Part shown: piece after piece, positions 19,397 through 30,077 of the stretch
Layout: the number at the start of each line of letters is the position of its first letter
How positions within the stretch are numbered: position 1 is the stretch's first letter
From: Burkholderiaceae bacterium
Lineage (GTDB): Bacteria > Pseudomonadota > Gammaproteobacteria > Burkholderiales > Burkholderiaceae_C
DNA: 64,000 nt
Reading direction: 5' to 3'
NCBI GenBank assembly: GCA_031253795.1
Contig: JAIRVR010000066.1
Span: 4,258 to 68,257 of the forward strand
Notes under the pieces: generated by a model
Told to the model about the DNA's origin: nothing
The model's database searches: none
Seen by the model: the letters and a program-made list of their open reading frames with translations, nothing else
Translations under genes and position numbers: made by a program

Positions 19397-21394
19397 GTGG
19401 GACCATCTTTCAATGAGCAATTCGACCAGCACGGGGCATGGCGCCGCGGCTTCGCGCAGCAGCTGCATGGACTGCGCGAATGGCTGCAGTCCCAGGACCT
19501 GCTGGACGCCGCCGTGCAGGAGCGGCTGCAGCGGCTCGAGGCCCAGGTGCGCGGCGACAAGGTCATGGTGGCCTTCGTGGCCGAATTCTCGCGCGGCAAG
19601 TCCGAGCTGATCAATGCGGTTTTCTTCGCGCACTACGGGCGCCGGCTGATGCCTGCGAGCGCCGGCCGCACGACCATGTGCCCGGCCGAGCTGGGCTGGG
19701 AAGGCGACCTGCAGCCCAGCCTGCGCCTGCTGCCCATCGACACGCGCGAATCCATGGAAAGCCTGGGCCAGTGGCGCGCGCGCCCCGAGTCCTGGGTGCA
19801 GCTGCCGCTGGATGTCAAGGACGCCCAGCAGATTGCCGACACCCTGGCCAAGGTGGCCGAGGTGCGCAAGGTCTCGGTGGAGCAGGCGCGTGTCTGGGGC
19901 TTCTGGCATGACGACGACAGCACGGGCAATCCCTTCGTGGACGCCCAGGGCCAGGTCGAGGTGCCCATGTGGCGCCATGCCCTGATCAACATGCCCCACC
20001 CCTTGCTCAAGCAGGGCCTGGTGATCCTGGACACGCCGGGCCTGAACGCCGTGGGTGCCGAGCCCGAGCTGACCGTGAACCTGATCCCCCAGGCCCATGC
20101 CGTGGTCTTCGTGCTGGCCGCCGACACGGGCGTGACCAAGTCCGACCTGGCCATCTGGCGCGACCACGTGCTGCCCCCCGAGGCGGCCGCTGGTGCGCAG
20201 GCGCTGGCCGATTCCCGCCTGGTCGTGCTCAACAAGATCGACACCCTGTGGGACAGCCTGAGCTCGGGCACCCAGGTCCAGGCGCAACTGCTGCGCCAGC
20301 GCCAGGAGTCCGCGCGCATGCTGGGCCTGCCCGTGGAGCGCGTGCTGCCGGTGTCGGCGCAGAAAGGCCTGGTGGCCAAGGTGGGCCACAACGACGCCCT
20401 GCTGCAGGCCAGCGGCCTGTCGGCCTTCGAGAACCTGCTGGCCGAAGGCATCATGGGCCAGCGCCAGAAAGTGCTGCAGACGGCGGTGACGGCCAATGTG
20501 CAGCAGCTGCAGGCCGAGGTGGAGCGCGTGCTCAACATCCGCCGCCGCGACCTCGATGACCAGATGGCCGAGCTGCGCAGCCTGCGCGGAAAGAATGCCA
20601 GCGTCATCGCGTCCATGCGCCACCGGATCGAGAGCGAGCAAAAGGATTTCGATGCCAGCGCCGCGCGCATACAGGCCGTGCGCCTGGTCCACATGCGCAT
20701 GCTGCGCGACGTCTTCCGCCAGCTGGGCTCCAGCGCCCTCAAGCAGGAACTGGCGGCGCTCAAGGAGGCGCTGGACCAGCGCGGCCTGAAGCTGGGCGCG
20801 CGCAAGGTCTATGCCGAGACTTTCGAGCGCCTGCGTGCCGTGGCCGCCAGGGCCCATTCCCAGGCCGGAGAAATCCAGTCCATGCTGGGCGCGACCTTCA
20901 AGGAGCTGAACGCCGAGTTCGGCTTTTCACTGCAGGCACCGGCCCCCCTGGAGCTGTCGGAATTCGGGGTCGACCTGCAGCGCATCGAGGCCAGCTATAC
21001 CCAGTACCTGGGCCTGGGCCACGCCCTCAAGCTCAGCAGCCCGGCCTTTTCCCAGCGCCTGGTCAAGGCCCTGGCCATGCGCCTGCGCACGGTGTTCGAG
21101 TCGGCGGCCAACGACGTGGACCTGTGGAGCAAGTCGGCCACGGCCCAGCTCGATGCACAATTGAAGGAGCGCAGGCGCAGCTTTGCCCGCCGCATCGAGG
21201 CCGTGGACCGCATCCAGAATGCGGCCACGGGCCTGGTGGAACGCATCGCGGAGATCGAGGCTGCCGACGATCAGCTCACCTCCCTGCACCTGCAGCTGGG
21301 CCAGGCCACGCTGCAGCTGCTGGAGCCGCTGTCGCAGCCTGCCGTGCGTTCCGTTCTCGATGGCGCCGCGCAGCACTCCCCCTTGACCGCTTGA
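19397..21394 (+). CDS. Bacterial dynamin-like GTPase
   Basis: G1 AEFSRGKS, G2 GRTT, G3 DTPG, G4 NKID; long helical/coiled-coil C-terminus; GTG start inferred. Confidence 0.85.
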   Translation: MGPSFNEQFDQHGAWRRGFAQQLHGLREWLQSQDLLDAAVQERLQRLEAQVRGDKVMVAFVAEFSRGKSELINAVFFAHYGRRLMPASAGRTTMCPAELGWEGDLQPSLRLLPIDTRESMESLGQWRARPESWVQLPLDVKDAQQIADTLAKVAEVRKVSVEQARVWGFWHDDDSTGNPFVDAQGQVEVPMWRHALINMPHPLLKQGLVILDTPGLNAVGAEPELTVNLIPQAHAVVFVLAADTGVTKSDLAIWRDHVLPPEAAAGAQALADSRLVVLNKIDTLWDSLSSGTQVQAQLLRQRQESARMLGLPVERVLPVSAQKGLVAKVGHNDALLQASGLSAFENLLAEGIMGQRQKVLQTAVTANVQQLQAEVERVLNIRRRDLDDQMAELRSLRGKNASVIASMRHRIESEQKDFDASAARIQAVRLVHMRMLRDVFRQLGSSALKQELAALKEALDQRGLKLGARKVYAETFERLRAVAARAHSQAGEIQSMLGATFKELNAEFGFSLQAPAPLELSEFGVDLQRIEASYTQYLGLGHALKLSSPAFSQRLVKALAMRLRTVFESAANDVDLWSKSATAQLDAQLKERRRSFARRIEAVDRIQNAATGLVERIAEIEAADDQLTSLHLQLGQATLQLLEPLSQPAVRSVLDGAAQHSPLTA

Positions 21395-21406
21395 CCGCCT
21401 GATATC

Positions 21407-22474
21407 TTGACTCTTCCTTCTATTGCCACGGCCGTGGTGCAGTGGCAGGCCTCGCATGGGCGCAACCACCTGCCCTGGCAGCAGACGCGCGACCCCTACC
21501 GCGTCTGGCTCTCCGAAATCATGCTGCAGCAGACCCAGGTGAGCACCGTGCTGGGCTACTACCAGCGCTTTCTCGATGCCTTCCCCGATGTCGCCAGCCT
21601 GGCGGCGGCTCCCCAGGACGCCGTGCTGGCGCTGTGGAGCGGCCTGGGCTATTACAGCCGTGCCCGCAATCTGCACCGCTGCGCACAGGACGTGGTCGAG
21701 CAGTGGGGGGGCGCGTTTCCGCGCCGCAGCGAGGACCTCGCCACGCTGCCGGGCATAGGCCGCTCCACGGCCGGCGCCATCGCCTCCTTCTGCTTTTCCG
21801 AGCGCGTTCCCATCCTCGATGCCAATGTGCGGCGGGTGCTCACGCGCGTGCTGGCCTTCGATGACGACCTGGCCGTGGCCAGGAACGAGCGCAAGCTGTG
21901 GGACCTGGCGCAGCAGCTGTGCCCCGTCGACGACCTGGAAAACGCCATGCCGCGCTACACCCAGGGCATGATGGACCTGGGTGCCAGCGTCTGCCTGCCG
22001 AAAAAGCCCAGTTGCCTGGTCTGCCCGCTGCAGCCCCAGTGCCGAGCGGCCCGCCAGGGCCTGCCGGAGAACTACCCCGTGCGCACGCGCAAGCTCAAGC
22101 GCAGCGCCGAAAGCTGGTGGCTGCTGATCGCCGTGGACGAGCGACAGCGCGTCTGGCTGGAGCGGCGTCCCGAGCAGGGCATCTGGGCCGGCCTGTATGC
22201 GCCGCCCGTGCTCCAGGACCGCCCGGCCCTGGCGGAGGCAGCCGCCCGGCGCTGGCCGGCGGCAGCCGCAGCGCAATGGCGGGAGCTGCCCGGCTTTCTG
22301 CACGTGCTCACCCACCGCGACCTGCATCTGCATCCCGTGCTGGTGCCTGTGGGTGCCGGCGTGGCGCCGGGCGTGGAGGGTGCGTCCGGCTGCTGGGCCG
22401 GCGCCCAGGACTGGGCCGGAATGGGCCTGCCGGCTCCGGTGCGCAAATTGCTGGATGCACAGTTCGGCGGCTGA
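21407..22474 (+). CDS. mutY: A/G-specific adenine glycosylase
   Basis: SEIMLQQT, WSGLGYYSRARN, LPGIG HhH, CxxxxxxCxxCxxxxxC Fe-S motif. Confidence 0.97.
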   Translation: MTLPSIATAVVQWQASHGRNHLPWQQTRDPYRVWLSEIMLQQTQVSTVLGYYQRFLDAFPDVASLAAAPQDAVLALWSGLGYYSRARNLHRCAQDVVEQWGGAFPRRSEDLATLPGIGRSTAGAIASFCFSERVPILDANVRRVLTRVLAFDDDLAVARNERKLWDLAQQLCPVDDLENAMPRYTQGMMDLGASVCLPKKPSCLVCPLQPQCRAARQGLPENYPVRTRKLKRSAESWWLLIAVDERQRVWLERRPEQGIWAGLYAPPVLQDRPALAEAAARRWPAAAAAQWRELPGFLHVLTHRDLHLHPVLVPVGAGVAPGVEGASGCWAGAQDWAGMGLPAPVRKLLDAQFGG

Positions 22475-22483
22475 TCGGCAGCC

Positions 22484-22717
22484 CTAGAAGCGGCGCCGGG
22501 GCAGCAGCAGGGCACAGCGCAGCAGCATCCAGGCCTGCCAGTGTTCGCGGGCTCCCGGTGTGCGGCGGGCGCGGGCCGCTGCATCGGCGATGAACAGGCG
22601 CAGGGCCCGCAGCGTTTCGCGGTCACGGCTTTGCACGGCCTGTTGCCAGACCTGTTCGCAGTGCTGGCGCTGCCGGGATGGATCGGACAGCGACTGGAGA
22701 TCGTCCAGGGCTGTCAT
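22484..22717 (-). CDS. Small hypothetical protein (77 aa) coupled to creD
   Basis: ATG overlaps the creD TGA (ATGA); fills the gap to convergent mutY. Confidence 0.55.
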   Translation of the reverse strand: MTALDDLQSLSDPSRQRQHCEQVWQQAVQSRDRETLRALRLFIADAAARARRTPGAREHWQAWMLLRCALLLPRRRF

Positions 22718-24126
22718 GGCTGCACTCCCTGCGGCATGGCGGGGGCGTCGCTGTCCTGGCGTCCGAAGGCATACCAGTCCACATGGCGCGTGCAGACCAT
22801 GATCACGGCGAGGGCGCCGAACAGTGCCAGCGACCCCACGATCAGCGCGCCCTGCTCCAGTTGCAGCAGGACGTAGAGCAGGCCATAGAGCGAGGCAATG
22901 CCGGCCGCGAAGGGCAGACCTCGGCGCAGGCTGCCCAGGATGTGGCTGGCGTAGTAGCCCAGCAGCAGCACACAGGCGCCGGCCGCCAGGCCATAGGCGA
23001 TGGAAAAGCGCAGGTGTTCGGACAGGCTGACCAGCAGCAGGAAGAAGCTGCACAGTGCCGAGCCCACAAGCAGGTACTGCACGGGATGCACGCGCAGGCG
23101 CTTCAGCACTTCGAAGAGGCCGACGGCCACGAAGGTCAGCACCACGAAGAGCAGGCCGTATTTGGTGGCGCGATCGCTCAGCGAATAGGGATTGATGGGG
23201 TCCACGAAGTCGGTGTCCACCGACTCCAGACAAGGCCCGCCCGAGGCCGCCTGGGCGGGGCTCGCATAGTCGTCGATGCCGCGCCGGCTGGGCTGGCACA
23301 GCGGCTGCTGATCGCTGAAGGCCTGGCGTGCCGACGAGGCCAGGGAGGAGAGGTTCCAGCTGGCGTTGAAGCCCTGGCTGCCGACTTCGCGCTGGTTGGG
23401 CAGAAAGCTGCCGCCGAAGGAGGGGTGCGGCCAGTCGGCCGACAGCTGGACCTGGCTGTGGGTTCCCAGCGGAACGAAGGCCAGCTTTTCTGTTCCCACC
23501 AGTTCCAGGGCAATGCTGAGTTCCAGTGGTCCGCTGGCGGGAATCTGGTGGCGTGCCAGCGTGGCCTGCAGGCCCTGGGAATAGCGCTCCAGCGACGTGC
23601 CTGGTCCCACGTCCAGGCTCTGGCCCTGCACGTCGATGCTGGCCGAACGGATGCCTCGCGGGTCGCTCAGCGACAAGGCCACGCGCAAGGGACCGCACCG
23701 CACGGTCTGTTCGGCCGTGGCCTCGGAGGCCGGGCGTTCCAGAAAGCTGGCAACGTTGGCGAAGCTGGCGCTGATGCGATCCTGCATGGCATAGGTGCTG
23801 ACATGGTGCAGCCCCCGGGAGCGCTCCTCCATGCGAGCCCTGGCTTCATGGCGCAACTGGTCGGGCAGCAGCATGCGCTGGAAGGGCCGCGTGGTCCATT
23901 CGGTCTTGCTGCCGTTCTTCAGGCCCGTGGTCTCGGTGCAGTTTTGCACCAGCACCGGCCCCATCAGGGTCTGGCGGCCGGCGAGACTGGCGACCACGCC
24001 CTGCACGGCGTTGTCGCGGTTGCGTATGCGGTCCTGCACCACGTCGTGGATCAGGCCCAGGCCCAGCATCAAAAGGCCCAGCATGGCCAGCAGGGCCACG
24101 GCCTTGGTAAACATTCGGTTCTTCAT
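22714..24126 (-). CDS. creD: Inner membrane protein CreD
   Basis: WPHPSFGG.FLP, DRATKYGLLF, HPVQYLLVG, LLVSLSEH. Confidence 0.95.
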   Translation of the reverse strand: MKNRMFTKAVALLAMLGLLMLGLGLIHDVVQDRIRNRDNAVQGVVASLAGRQTLMGPVLVQNCTETTGLKNGSKTEWTTRPFQRMLLPDQLRHEARARMEERSRGLHHVSTYAMQDRISASFANVASFLERPASEATAEQTVRCGPLRVALSLSDPRGIRSASIDVQGQSLDVGPGTSLERYSQGLQATLARHQIPASGPLELSIALELVGTEKLAFVPLGTHSQVQLSADWPHPSFGGSFLPNQREVGSQGFNASWNLSSLASSARQAFSDQQPLCQPSRRGIDDYASPAQAASGGPCLESVDTDFVDPINPYSLSDRATKYGLLFVVLTFVAVGLFEVLKRLRVHPVQYLLVGSALCSFFLLLVSLSEHLRFSIAYGLAAGACVLLLGYYASHILGSLRRGLPFAAGIASLYGLLYVLLQLEQGALIVGSLALFGALAVIMVCTRHVDWYAFGRQDSDAPAMPQGVQP

Positions 24127-24192
24127 TCCACATCCCGGTCGTTGATCGTGGGACGCAGTCTGTTCAGGGCGCGTGTGGGGGAAATGAAGTCT

Positions 24193-24208
24193 GTGAAGCC
24201 GGTGTGAA
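24193..24208 (-). promoter_or_regulatory. cre-tag (CreB binding site) upstream of creD
   Basis: Minus strand TTCAC-ACCGGC-TTCAC, an exact TTCAC-N6-TTCAC match. Confidence 0.8.
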
Positions 24209-24241
24209 GCGGGCCGGCCCGCGTGCGTGCAGAACACGCCC

Positions 24242-25699
24242 TCAGGCCGGCCGGCCCCAATCCAGGGTCACGCGCAGGCCGGGGCAGGCATGGGCCACCT
24301 GCATGCTGCCGCCGTGCAGCAGCATGATGCGCAGAACGATGGACAGGCCCAGGCCCGTGCCGCTGCGCTCGCCATTGGGGCGTGGCGTGGTGAAAAAGCG
24401 CTCGCCCAGGCGGCCCAGCAGGGCATCGGGCACACCGGGGCCATGGTCGCGCACGCTGACGCGTCCAGGCGCCAGATCCACCTCGATGGTGCTGCCTTCG
24501 GGCGCGAAATCGATGGCGTTGCTCAGCAGGTTGCTCAGGGCCAGCACCACCAGATCCTGTTCCCAGGGCCCGCTGCTGTCCTGCCCGTGCAGGCGCATTT
24601 GCAGGTGGCGCTGGCGGGCGGTGTCGCCCAGCTGCCGCATGGCCAGTTCGGTGCAGGCCCGCAGGCTGCAGGGCGCCGGGACATGCAGGCCGCGGCGCTG
24701 CTCCAGCTGGCTCAGCCGCAGCAGCTGGTCAACGAGGTTTTGCAGGCGCTGGCACTGGTCCACCACCTGCCGGGCAAACACGGTCCGGTCGGCGGGGGGC
24801 AGGTCGTCCTGCAGCAGTTCGCCCGCGCCACGTATGGCGGCCACGGGGCTTTTGAGCTCGTGGGTGAGGGCGCGCACATAGCCTTCGATGTAGTCACGTC
24901 CCTCGAGGCGGCCGCGCATGTTCTCCATGGCGCGCGCCAGCTCGCCCAGCTCGCCCGGCATGGAGGGGGCTTGCAGTCTCGGAGCCGCCGATACCGGCGA
25001 GGCGGCCTCGTTCAGCGTGGGCGCCTGGACCTGCTGGGCATAGTTGCGCAGGCGCCGCACATGCAAAACCAGCCACCAGGTGACGGCAAAGCCCACGCCG
25101 GCCGACAGCAGCAGGAACAGCAGGCCGCCGCGCAGCATCTTGCTTTCGGCGCTGTCGATGATCTGCTGCACCGACCGCGCCGGCTTGGAGGCGGTCAGCA
25201 CGCCGGCGATATGCCCATCGACCAGGATGGGCGCCGAGACATACATCACGCTGCTGGCCTCGTCGTACTGGACCTCGCGCGTGGTGCGCGCTCCGTACTC
25301 GCCGCGCAGCGTGCGGTACACGTCGCGCCAGCGCGAATAGTCGGCCCCCTGGTCCGTTCCCGCCGAGTCGAAGAGCACGCGGCCCTGCGCGTCGGTGACC
25401 GTGATGCGCATGTCCAGCCGTGTCTTGCGCGCGTCCCAGATCCAGACCTGGACCGACTGCCCCGCATAGGCGCGCATCTGCCGTGCGAAACGGCTGGCGT
25501 CGCCCCCCTGCTGCAGGCTGCCGTCGGTCAGGTCGTCGCTGGCCACGGCGGCCAGGGCGTAAGCGGTCTCCACCAGGGTGTCCTCGGTCACCTTGCGCAC
25601 GCTGGGCTTGACCTCGACCATGAACACGCGCAGCACGAAGAAGGCGGCCAGGCCGTTGATGACGAAGAAGGCAAACAGCAGGCGCAGGCCCAGGTGCAT
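24242..25699 (-). CDS. creC: Sensor histidine kinase CreC
   Basis: DYSRWRDVYRTLRGEYGAR periplasmic motif, LTHELKSP, NAIDF, GTGLGL. Confidence 0.95.
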   Translation of the reverse strand: MHLGLRLLFAFFVINGLAAFFVLRVFMVEVKPSVRKVTEDTLVETAYALAAVASDDLTDGSLQQGGDASRFARQMRAYAGQSVQVWIWDARKTRLDMRITVTDAQGRVLFDSAGTDQGADYSRWRDVYRTLRGEYGARTTREVQYDEASSVMYVSAPILVDGHIAGVLTASKPARSVQQIIDSAESKMLRGGLLFLLLSAGVGFAVTWWLVLHVRRLRNYAQQVQAPTLNEAASPVSAAPRLQAPSMPGELGELARAMENMRGRLEGRDYIEGYVRALTHELKSPVAAIRGAGELLQDDLPPADRTVFARQVVDQCQRLQNLVDQLLRLSQLEQRRGLHVPAPCSLRACTELAMRQLGDTARQRHLQMRLHGQDSSGPWEQDLVVLALSNLLSNAIDFAPEGSTIEVDLAPGRVSVRDHGPGVPDALLGRLGERFFTTPRPNGERSGTGLGLSIVLRIMLLHGGSMQVAHACPGLRVTLDWGRPA

Positions 25700-25714
25700 G
25701 GCGGTGCCCGCTTC

Positions 25715-26425
25715 TCAGTCCGGCAGGTTCAGGCTGTAGCCCATGCCGCGGTGCGTGGCGATGAAGTCCTGCCGCGGCGCCAGTGCCCTGAGCTTGGCCC
25801 GCAGCGTCTTGACGTGGGTGTCCACGGTGCGGTCCGTGCTCTCGCTGTCCTGGCCCCAGACGCTGTCGAGCAGGAACTCGCGGCTCAGGATGCGGCCCGG
25901 CCGCTCCAGCAGGCAGCGCAGCAGCTGGTATTCGCGCCGCGTCAGATCCAGCGGCAGGCCATGCATGTGCACGCGCTGACCCTGGGCGTCGATGCTGAAG
26001 ACTCCCCCGGGCTGTGTCGGGGCCGCTGCGGCGAAGTGCCGGGCACGGCGCAGCAGGGCCCGCGTGCGTGCCACCAGCTCGCGCGGGCTGAAGGGCTTGC
26101 TCAGATAGTCGTCGGCGCCCAGCTCCAGGCCCAGGACACGGTCCATTTCCTCGCCGCGCGCGCTCAGCACCAGCACCGGCACGGCACTGCCCGCGGCGCG
26201 CAGCTCGCGACACCAGTCCAGGCCATTGCCGTCGGGCAGGCCCACATCGAGCAGCAGGGCGTCATGGGGCTGGGCCCGCCATTGCGCCCGGGCATCGGCC
26301 AGCTGCAGGCTGTGTTGAACGGCGATGCCGTCGCGCTCCAGCGCATAGCAGACCGTGCGCGCGATGGCGGGGTCGTCTTCCACCAGCAGCACGCGTGCGC
26401 GGCCTGGAGAGGGCGTTTCCTGCAT
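25715..26425 (-). CDS. creB: Response regulator CreB
   Basis: REC (LDVGLPD) plus OmpR wHTH (DRTVDTHVKTLRAKL); directly upstream of creC. Confidence 0.92.
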   Translation of the reverse strand: MQETPSPGRARVLLVEDDPAIARTVCYALERDGIAVQHSLQLADARAQWRAQPHDALLLDVGLPDGNGLDWCRELRAAGSAVPVLVLSARGEEMDRVLGLELGADDYLSKPFSPRELVARTRALLRRARHFAAAAPTQPGGVFSIDAQGQRVHMHGLPLDLTRREYQLLRCLLERPGRILSREFLLDSVWGQDSESTDRTVDTHVKTLRAKLRALAPRQDFIATHRGMGYSLNLPD

Positions 26426-26441
26426 GGCGGGGCGCGTGCGC

Positions 26442-27341
26442 CTAGGCCGACGGGGGCGGCGGGGACAGCAGGGGCTGGGGTCGGCTGTCCAGTGAACGGT
26501 GGCGGCGCAGCGTGGGCCAGCGCTGCGCGAAATGGCGCGCCAGCTCCTCGACCAGGAACACGGAACGGTGCTGGCCGCCCGTGCAGCCGATGGCGACGGT
26601 GACATAGCTGCGGTGGTTGCCAGCCATCATTTCCAGCCAGGATTCGAGGAACTGCTGTATGTCCAGCCGCATCTTTTCCACGCCGGGCTGCTGGCGAAGG
26701 AAATCGGCCACGGGTGCGTCCAGTCCGGTCAACGGACGCAGGTCGGTCTCGTAGTGCGGGTTGGGCAGCATGCGCACGTCGAACACATAGTCCGAATCCG
26801 AGGGCAGGCCATGCTTGAAGCCGAAGGACTGGAAGACCAGGGTCATCTGTCCCACGGGCTCGGCGATCATTTCCTTGATGTAGCTTTGCAGCTGGGACGA
26901 GCGCAGATGGCTGGTGTCGATGACATGGGACTTGTCGCGCAGTTCGCCGAGCAGTTCGCGCTCGTTCTCTATGTCCTGCACCAGGGCCCGCCGGCCTTCG
27001 GCCACCGGCGCCTGGGACAGTGGATGGCGGCGGCGGGTCTCGGAAAAGCGGCGCACCAGGGTGCCCGTGGTCGCGTCCAGGAAGATCAGATGCGGCACCA
27101 CGCCCAACTGCTGCAGCCTCTCCAGCTGCATGGGCAGATGGGGCAGGCTGCCCGCGCTGCGCGCGTCCATGGCGATCGCCACCTTGTTGCTGTGGCGGCC
27201 ATGTTCGAGGGCGACAAAGGAGGACAGCAGCTCGGGCGGCAGATTGTCCACGCAGTAGTAGCCTGCATCCTCCAGAGCGTGCAGGGCCACGGACTTGCCG
27301 GATCCGGACATTCCGGTGATCAGCACGATTTCGAGCGACAT
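26442..27341 (-). CDS. rapZ: RNase adapter RapZ (YhbJ) family P-loop protein
   Basis: [40 protein letters not shown]. Confidence 0.95.
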   Translation of the reverse strand: MSLEIVLITGMSGSGKSVALHALEDAGYYCVDNLPPELLSSFVALEHGRHSNKVAIAMDARSAGSLPHLPMQLERLQQLGVVPHLIFLDATTGTLVRRFSETRRRHPLSQAPVAEGRRALVQDIENERELLGELRDKSHVIDTSHLRSSQLQSYIKEMIAEPVGQMTLVFQSFGFKHGLPSDSDYVFDVRMLPNPHYETDLRPLTGLDAPVADFLRQQPGVEKMRLDIQQFLESWLEMMAGNHRSYVTVAIGCTGGQHRSVFLVEELARHFAQRWPTLRRHRSLDSRPQPLLSPPPPSA

Positions 27342-27345
27342 GGGC

Positions 27346-29148
27346 TCATCCTCCTGTGGAACGGCGACCGGCATTGGCCGTGCGCATGGCGGCCGAGCCG
27401 GTCCTGGCGCGGGGCGATGCCGCGGCGGGGGGCTGCAAGGGCGCGGGATCGCTGCGCTTGTTGCGCCGTGCAGGTGCGCGCGGTGCGGGCGCCTGCCGCG
27501 CCATGGCCAGCATTTCACGTGCATGGGCCAGGGTGGTTTCGGACAGGCGCTCACCGCCCAGCATGCGGGCCAGCTCGGCTTCGCGCGCATCGCCGGCCAG
27601 TGGCTGCACCGTGCTCAGCGTGCCCTGGCGCGCGCGCTGCTTGGCCACCAGGTAGTGGTGATCGGCGCAGGCCGCGACCTGGGGCAGGTGGGTGACGGCC
27701 AGCACCTGGCGCGAGCGGCCCAGCGCATGCATGAGCCGGCCCACGGTCTCGGCCACGGCACCGCCAACGCCCGAATCGACTTCGTCGAAGATCAGGGTGC
27801 CGGCCTCGCCCAGCTCGCTGGTGGTCACGGCAATGGCCAGCGAGATGCGCGACAGCTCGCCGCCCGAGGCTACCTTGGCAATGGGCCTGGGGCTGGCACC
27901 TGGGTGGCCGGCCACGAGGAAGGCCACGCTGTCCGTGCCGAAGGCACCAGGCCCCTCGGCCGACGTCAGCGCGGCTTCGAAGACGCCGCCTTCCATGCCC
28001 AGGCCCTGCATGGCCTGGCTGATGGCCCGCGACAGCCGGGGTGCCGCCAGCGCGCGCTGCTGCGACAGCAGGCGCGCCGCGGCCTGGTACTGCTGCTGGG
28101 CCGACTGCTCGGCGGCATGCAGCGACTCGATGTCCACGGCCGCATCCAGCTGCTGCAGCTCCTGGCGCCAGCCGGCCAGCAGGCCCGGCAGCTCCTCGGG
28201 CGTGCGCTTGTAGCGGCGAGCCAGCTGCATCCACAGCGACAGTCGGGTGTCGAGTTCGGCCAGGCGTTCGGGATCAAGGTCGGCGCGGCGCAGATAGGTC
28301 TGCAGCGAATGGCGCGCATCCTCGACCTGGGCCACGCAGGAGACCAGTACATCGGCGATGTTGCGGAACTCGGGCTCCAGGTGTTCCTGGTTCTGTATCA
28401 GATGGCTGGCGCGGCCCAGCGGATGGCTGGCGCCGGCCTCGTCGTCCTCCAGCATCTGCAGCACCGTCTGTGCCGTGTCGATCAGGGTCTGGGCGTGGGA
28501 CAGGCGCGTATGCTGGGCATTGAGCTCGTCCCATTCGTCGGCCTGGGGCGACAGCTTGTCGAGCTCGGCGATCTGCCATTGCAGGCGCTCGCGTTCGCGC
28601 TGCAGGCTGTCCTGGGCCGACTGCGCGCGCTGCAGGGCCTGGCGTGCCTGGCTCCAGCGTGCCCAGCAGGACTGGACTTCGCGGCTGTCTATGCCCCCGT
28701 AGGCGTCGAGCAGGGCGCGCGCGGCATCGGCGCGTGTCAGGCTCTGCCAGGCATGCTGGCCATGGATGTCGATGAGTTGCTCGCCCAGGGAACGCAGCTG
28801 CGTGGCCGTGGCCGGTGTTCCATTGATCCAGGCGCGGCTGCGGCCCTGGCTGTCGATGCTGCGCCTCAGCAGAAGACTGCTGCCTTCGCCACCGTCCAGG
28901 CCTGCTTCCTCCAGCCAGGGCAGCAGGCCTTGCGTGCAGTCGAATTCCACGCAGATATCGGCCTGGGCACAGCCCTCGCGCACCACGTCGGCGTCGGCGC
29001 GTGCGCCCAGGGCCAGCTGCAGGGCATCGATGAGAATGGACTTGCCCGCGCCGGTTTCACCGGTCAGTACCGTGAACCCCGACTGCCAGTCCAGGTCCAG
29101 CGCCTGGACGATCACGAAATCGCGCAGCACGATGCGCTTGAGCGCCAT
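27346..29148 (-). CDS. recN: DNA repair protein RecN
   Basis: [41 protein letters not shown]. Confidence 0.97.
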   Translation of the reverse strand: MALKRIVLRDFVIVQALDLDWQSGFTVLTGETGAGKSILIDALQLALGARADADVVREGCAQADICVEFDCTQGLLPWLEEAGLDGGEGSSLLLRRSIDSQGRSRAWINGTPATATQLRSLGEQLIDIHGQHAWQSLTRADAARALLDAYGGIDSREVQSCWARWSQARQALQRAQSAQDSLQRERERLQWQIAELDKLSPQADEWDELNAQHTRLSHAQTLIDTAQTVLQMLEDDEAGASHPLGRASHLIQNQEHLEPEFRNIADVLVSCVAQVEDARHSLQTYLRRADLDPERLAELDTRLSLWMQLARRYKRTPEELPGLLAGWRQELQQLDAAVDIESLHAAEQSAQQQYQAAARLLSQQRALAAPRLSRAISQAMQGLGMEGGVFEAALTSAEGPGAFGTDSVAFLVAGHPGASPRPIAKVASGGELSRISLAIAVTTSELGEAGTLIFDEVDSGVGGAVAETVGRLMHALGRSRQVLAVTHLPQVAACADHHYLVAKQRARQGTLSTVQPLAGDAREAELARMLGGERLSETTLAHAREMLAMARQAPAPRAPARRNKRSDPAPLQPPAAASPRARTGSAAMRTANAGRRSTGG

Positions 29149-29150
29149 GG

Positions 29151-30047
29151 TCAGGCGCCTCCCTCGTTCCAGCCGAGCTTCTTGCGCAAAGTGGCGAAGT
29201 AGTTCCAGCCCTTGGGGTGGAGAAAACGGACGCTGTGGTGTGCACGGCTGACCAGGATGCGGTCGCCATGCTGCAAGGAGGCCAGGGACTGCATGTCGAA
29301 ATTGGCGCTGACGTCGCGCCCTCCGACCACCTCGATCGTGACTTCGCTGGCGTCGGACAGCACGATGGGGCGGTTGGACAGGTTGTGCGGCGCGATGGGC
29401 GCCATGACCCAGGCCGGAATGGAGGGGTGCATCATGGGGCCGCCCGCTGACAGCGCATAGGCCGTCGAGCCCGTGGGCGTGGCCACGATCAGGCCGTCGG
29501 CGCGCTGGTTGGAGACGAAGCGTCCGCCGACCTCGATGCGCAGCTCCACCATGCCCGATGTGCCGCCGCGATTCACCACCACGTCGTTCATGGCCAGGGC
29601 CTCGAACACGCATTCGCCGTCGCGCATGACGCGGGCACACATCAGGGGGCGCAGATCTTCCTCGTATTCGCCCTGGAGCATGGGCGTGAGCGTGGCCTCG
29701 AAATCCTCGAGGGCGATGTCGGTGACAAAGCCCAGCCGGCCCTGGTTGATGCCGATGAGCGGCGTGCCGTAGCGTGCCAGGTGCCGGCTCACGCCCAGCA
29801 TGGTGCCGTCGCCGCCGACCACCAGGCCCAGGTCACAATGCCTGCCCAGGCCGTCCACATCCATGGAGGGATAGTCGGTCAGCCCCGAATACAGGGCAGA
29901 CTGTGTGTCGAGCACGACTTCGCAGCCCTGTTGCCGGAGAAAGACGGCGATGCGCTGCAGGGCGTCGCTGGCAATCTCGGACGGGGCGCTTGCGCTGGGA
30001 GCGTGGTACTTCCCTATCAAGGCGACGTGGCGAAATGTGGTCGTCAT
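29151..30047 (-). CDS. nadK: NAD kinase
   Basis: [26 protein letters not shown]. Confidence 0.97.
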   Translation of the reverse strand: MTTTFRHVALIGKYHAPSASAPSEIASDALQRIAVFLRQQGCEVVLDTQSALYSGLTDYPSMDVDGLGRHCDLGLVVGGDGTMLGVSRHLARYGTPLIGINQGRLGFVTDIALEDFEATLTPMLQGEYEEDLRPLMCARVMRDGECVFEALAMNDVVVNRGGTSGMVELRIEVGGRFVSNQRADGLIVATPTGSTAYALSAGGPMMHPSIPAWVMAPIAPHNLSNRPIVLSDASEVTIEVVGGRDVSANFDMQSLASLQHGDRILVSRAHHSVRFLHPKGWNYFATLRKKLGWNEGGA

Positions 30048-30077
30048 TTCTGGAAATTACATCATTAAAATCAGCAC

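Noticed and set aside
19348-19416. 22-aa ORF (MAMARDRRNRG...) overlapping the dynamin start
   Set aside because: Too short, the GAGGAG is too far from the ATG, and nothing else supports it
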